In this document: positions 60,826 to 64,000 of the stretch, piece after piece
How positions within the stretch are numbered: position 1 is the first letter of the stretch
Layout of the letters: each line of letters starts with the position of its first letter
Assembly (NCBI GenBank): GCA_963841915.1
Contig: CAWJEN010000006.1
Location: 1,440,001 to 1,504,000, forward strand
DNA length: 64,000 nucleotides
Origin: an uncultured Planctomycetota bacterium
GTDB lineage: Bacteria > Planctomycetota > Phycisphaerae > Tepidisphaerales > Tepidisphaeraceae
Direction of reading: 5' to 3'
The notes under the pieces: generated by a model
Told to the model about the DNA's origin: nothing
Databases searched by the model: none
The model's input: only the letters and a program-made list of their open reading frames with translations
Position numbers and translations under genes: made by a program

Positions 60826-61740
60826 ATGAAAACACCCAACACCCGAAACGCACGCCACGGCTTCACCCTGGTGGAGCTGCTCGTTGTCATCGGCATCATC
60901 GCGCTGCTGATCGGCATTCTGCTCCCGACGCTTAGCCGTGCGCAGGGTTCGGCCAAGAAGGTCGTTTGCCTGTCGAACCAGCGACAAGTCGGCACGCTTC
61001 TCGTCATGTACACGAACGAGAACCAGTACCGCATGCCCGTCACGCACTATTACGGTGGCCGTGAAGGTTCCGGTCCCGCTGTTCAGTGGGACTTCGGCCT
61101 GCCAGACTCGTACAACGACTGGCAGTTCACGACCAACAACGGTCCGACCGGTGCTAGGGAAGGCTATGGGATGAACTTCTTTGGTGGCCTGCTTGCCATG
61201 GGCGGCGAAGGGGCCGACGCCATCGGCGATGCCTTGGTGTGCCCGGAGGCTGACATCAGTCGAATTCCGGACGATCTAGAGCCCGGTCAGCCAATTACAA
61301 ACTACCTCGTCAACGCGAACTTCCCAAACCGGAAGATCACCGAGATCAAGGGCAGTTCTGAGTATGCGGTGCTGCAGGATAACATCCGGGCGTTTGAAAA
61401 TTCTTACACCCGCCCATTGCGAAGCGTGCAAGGCTCGCCAGTCTCGCCACCGTACCACGCCGCGCTGCTGAACGATTTTAAGCCACAAGACTGGTACCGC
61501 GATTGGGCCAACGTTCCAGGTAGCGCCGGTGCTATTGCAACTTACGGCAACGTGCACGATGGTGGCGGCGTCTTCCTGATGGCCGACGGCAGTGGCATCT
61601 GGATTGATCGTGAGGCCACGACTGCTCGTCTCTTCGGCTTTTTCGGCGATGGTGCCGGCCTCTACGGCACTGCAGAGGATCGGTACGAAGAGAGTCTCGG
61701 AAAAAGATATCGCTCAATCTTCGACTACCCCGAGCAGTGA
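60826..61740 (+). CDS. Prepilin-type N-terminal cleavage/methylation protein with H-X9-DG motif (DUF1559-like)
   Basis: GAGGAGG RBS; GFTLVELLVVIGIIALLIGILLP, CLSNQRQ and H-DGGGVFLMA-DG motifs. Confidence 0.9.
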   Translation: MKTPNTRNARHGFTLVELLVVIGIIALLIGILLPTLSRAQGSAKKVVCLSNQRQVGTLLVMYTNENQYRMPVTHYYGGREGSGPAVQWDFGLPDSYNDWQFTTNNGPTGAREGYGMNFFGGLLAMGGEGADAIGDALVCPEADISRIPDDLEPGQPITNYLVNANFPNRKITEIKGSSEYAVLQDNIRAFENSYTRPLRSVQGSPVSPPYHAALLNDFKPQDWYRDWANVPGSAGAIATYGNVHDGGGVFLMADGSGIWIDREATTARLFGFFGDGAGLYGTAEDRYEESLGKRYRSIFDYPEQ

Positions 61741-61938
61741 TCTGCTGACGTAGGTCAGGGCGGGCAGGACGGGCCAACGGTCGTCTCTGCAGCAGATTTG
61801 TCTCTGGTGAAGACTCCTCCTCTCGGCCGTCACGTTGGCTCGTGGCGGCCGACTTCTAATCCCGTCGGAATCGCAATCGATGCCGTCGGTGAATCCAACC
61901 GTGATTCAATTCAGCACTTTTTCAACCGGTAGCTCATC

Positions 61939-63468
61939 ATGTTTGCATCCATCACTTCCTGGACCCGCGCCACGCATCGGGCGGCTCGACTGGCCGCATT
62001 ACTCACAACCGCCTGCGCCGGCGTCGCCATCGGCATACCCGCCGTGGCCGACGCTGCGCCGCCTACGCCCGTTTCTACTGAGAAGAAGGCGATGAATGTC
62101 GTCGTGTTCCTCGTGGACGACATGGGCTGGGCCGACTGGACCGGTGGTGGCAGCGTCTACTACGAGACGCCCAACCTCGACCGGCTGGCCGCCAGCGGCA
62201 TGATGTTCACCGACGCCTATGCAGCCTGCCCGGTCTGCAGTCCTTCGCGTGCTGCCCTGCTGACCGGTCGCTACCCACAGCGGTACGGCATCACCGATTA
62301 CATCAACGGCACGGGCAACAACGGCCCGAATCAGCCACAGAACTGGAACCGCGACACGCCGCTCCTGCCGGCTCCGTACGAAGACAAGCTCCCGCACGAA
62401 GAAGTGACGCTTGCCGAGTATCTGAAGGAAGCGGACTACGACACGTTCTTTGCGGGCAAGTGGCACCTCGGCCCCGAAGGTTGGTGGCCGCAGAACCACG
62501 GCTTTGACATCAACATCGGCGGCTGGGACCAAGGTGGGCCGTACCGCGGCAAGCAGTATTTCTCGCCTTACGACAACCCGCAAATGGAGAACGGCCCGGA
62601 CGGCGAACACATGCCGGCCCGCTTGGCCCGCGAGACCAGCGACTTCATCAAGGCTAACGCCGATGGGTCATTCCTTGCTTACTTGTCCTTCTACTCCGTC
62701 CACACGCCGATCATGGCGCCGGACGAGCTGGTGAAGAAGTACCGCCAGAAGCGGGCGGCCATGGGACTCACCGAAGCGGGAGAATTCGGCGAGAAGCTCG
62801 AGAACGGCCGCCAAGTTCGTGTCGTGCAGCGGCATGCCGTTTACGCCGGCATGGTCGAAGCAATGGACAGTGCCGTCGGCACGGTGCTCGACACGCTCGA
62901 CGAAGAAGGCCTGACCGACAACACGATCGTCGTCTTTACGAGCGACAACGGCGGCCTTTCGACGAGCGAAGGCTCACCGACGAGCAACGAACCGCTCCGC
63001 ACCGGCAAAGGCTGGATGTACGAAGGCGGAATCCGCGTGCCTCTGGTGATCCGCGTGCCCGGCGTAACCGCCCCTGGCAGCACATCTTCGATGCCCGTCA
63101 GTGGCGTGGACATCTTGCCGACCGTGCTCGCCGGCACAGGACTCGCCAACGAACTTGAGGGTAAGACGATCGACGGCATCGATATAACGCCCGCTCTCAA
63201 AGGCAACGCCTTCGAGCGGTCACCGATCTTCTGGGCTTACCCGCACTACGGCAACCAGGGCGGAGGACCGGCTGCGGCCATGCGAGATGGTGACTGGAAA
63301 CTGGTTCACTGGTACGACGACGGCCGGACCGAGCTGTACCGCCTCGATGACGACATCAGCGAAGAAGTCGATCTGGCCGAAGAGCACCCCGAGGTGTTTC
63401 AACGGCTCAACAAGGCGCTCCACGACTGGCTCGACGACGTCGACGCCAAGGAGCCAAGTAAGCGATAA
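61939..63468 (+). CDS. Sulfatase (S1)
   Basis: VDDMGWAD, CSPSRAALLTGR, GKWHLG, TSDNGG and YPHY motifs. Confidence 0.95.
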   Translation: MFASITSWTRATHRAARLAALLTTACAGVAIGIPAVADAAPPTPVSTEKKAMNVVVFLVDDMGWADWTGGGSVYYETPNLDRLAASGMMFTDAYAACPVCSPSRAALLTGRYPQRYGITDYINGTGNNGPNQPQNWNRDTPLLPAPYEDKLPHEEVTLAEYLKEADYDTFFAGKWHLGPEGWWPQNHGFDINIGGWDQGGPYRGKQYFSPYDNPQMENGPDGEHMPARLARETSDFIKANADGSFLAYLSFYSVHTPIMAPDELVKKYRQKRAAMGLTEAGEFGEKLENGRQVRVVQRHAVYAGMVEAMDSAVGTVLDTLDEEGLTDNTIVVFTSDNGGLSTSEGSPTSNEPLRTGKGWMYEGGIRVPLVIRVPGVTAPGSTSSMPVSGVDILPTVLAGTGLANELEGKTIDGIDITPALKGNAFERSPIFWAYPHYGNQGGGPAAAMRDGDWKLVHWYDDGRTELYRLDDDISEEVDLAEEHPEVFQRLNKALHDWLDDVDAKEPSKR

Positions 63469-63546
63469 GTAGACCGTTCACCGCGCAAACCTCACGCTTT
63501 CCCCGTGCGGCGGACCCAGATCCGCCGCCTTTTTCACAGATATTAC

Positions 63547-64000
63547 ATGCAATTCCCCAAGCTTGTCGTGTTCGCCGCAGCAACGAGCTGCCTGATTGCC
63601 ACCGGTTCTGCTCATGCACAGGAGCAGCATGACGCTTTTCATCCGGGCGCACCCACGTGGACCGACACGGACGGCAACCACATCATTGCACACGGCGGTG
63701 GCATTCTGGAGCACGAGGGCGTCTTCTACTGGTATGGCGAGCAGCGGTGGGGAGAGAACGCCAGGCCGGCCGTCCGCTGCTATTCGTCGACCGACTTGTA
63801 CAACTGGAATGACGAAGGCCTTGTACTGACCGACGAGGACGTGTTCGAGAACTCGATTTTCGAGCGGCCGAAGGTGATTTACAACGAGACGACGAAGAAG
63901 TTCGTCTTGTGGTGGCACCAAGAGCTGCCGGGCATCGGGTACGACGCTGCACGGACGGCTGTTGCGACCAGTGACACGCCGACGGGAAAGTTCACGTTTC
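63547..64000 (+). CDS. Glycoside hydrolase family 43 (exo-beta-1,3-galactanase-like), partial
   Basis: Manual translation: MQFPKL signal, WTDTDGNHIIAHGGGILEHEGVFYWYGE, CYSSTDLYNW, ERPKVIYNETTKKFVLWWH. Confidence 0.88.
   Translation, partial: MQFPKLVVFAAATSCLIATGSAHAQEQHDAFHPGAPTWTDTDGNHIIAHGGGILEHEGVFYWYGEQRWGENARPAVRCYSSTDLYNWNDEGLVLTDEDVFENSIFERPKVIYNETTKKFVLWWHQELPGIGYDAARTAVATSDTPTGKFTF

Overview
GC-rich bacterial chromosome segment. PEP-CTERM proteins, a prepilin/H-X9-DG protein, many sulfatases and a CxxCGYDL zinc-ribbon protein point to a planctomycete, probably Phycisphaerae (inference). The left part carries housekeeping genes: corC-like, ybeY, hsp20, pyrK, a cheR-cheD-cheY-cheX-cheB cluster, two parS sites, purE, proB, an SCO/DUF420 cluster, tRNA-Leu(CAA), dxr, rseP and putA. 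The right ~31 kb is a polysaccharide-utilisation-like locus: araFGH, 3 sulfatases, 2 GH2, DUF5107-TPR, XylR, SGNH esterase, GH30, GH35, a sugar ABC transporter, a PEP-CTERM/prepilin pair and GH43. The most unusual feature is a ~4 kb array at 19.6-23.7 kb, next to the tRNA. About 18 copies of a 20-bp imperfect hairpin (AAAGGGGTCGCGAGCCTTTT) delimit three co-oriented low-GC genes with no recognisable family. Each gene is preceded by the same promoter-like module. The array also holds a captured IS fragment and truncated copies of the 5' end of the adjacent HUH Y1 (RAYT) transposase. It looks like an integron-analogous gene-capture array driven by a RAYT. A second notable feature is putA, which carries three palindromic repeat insertions, all reading in the same peptide frame, plus a -1 frameshift just before the first.
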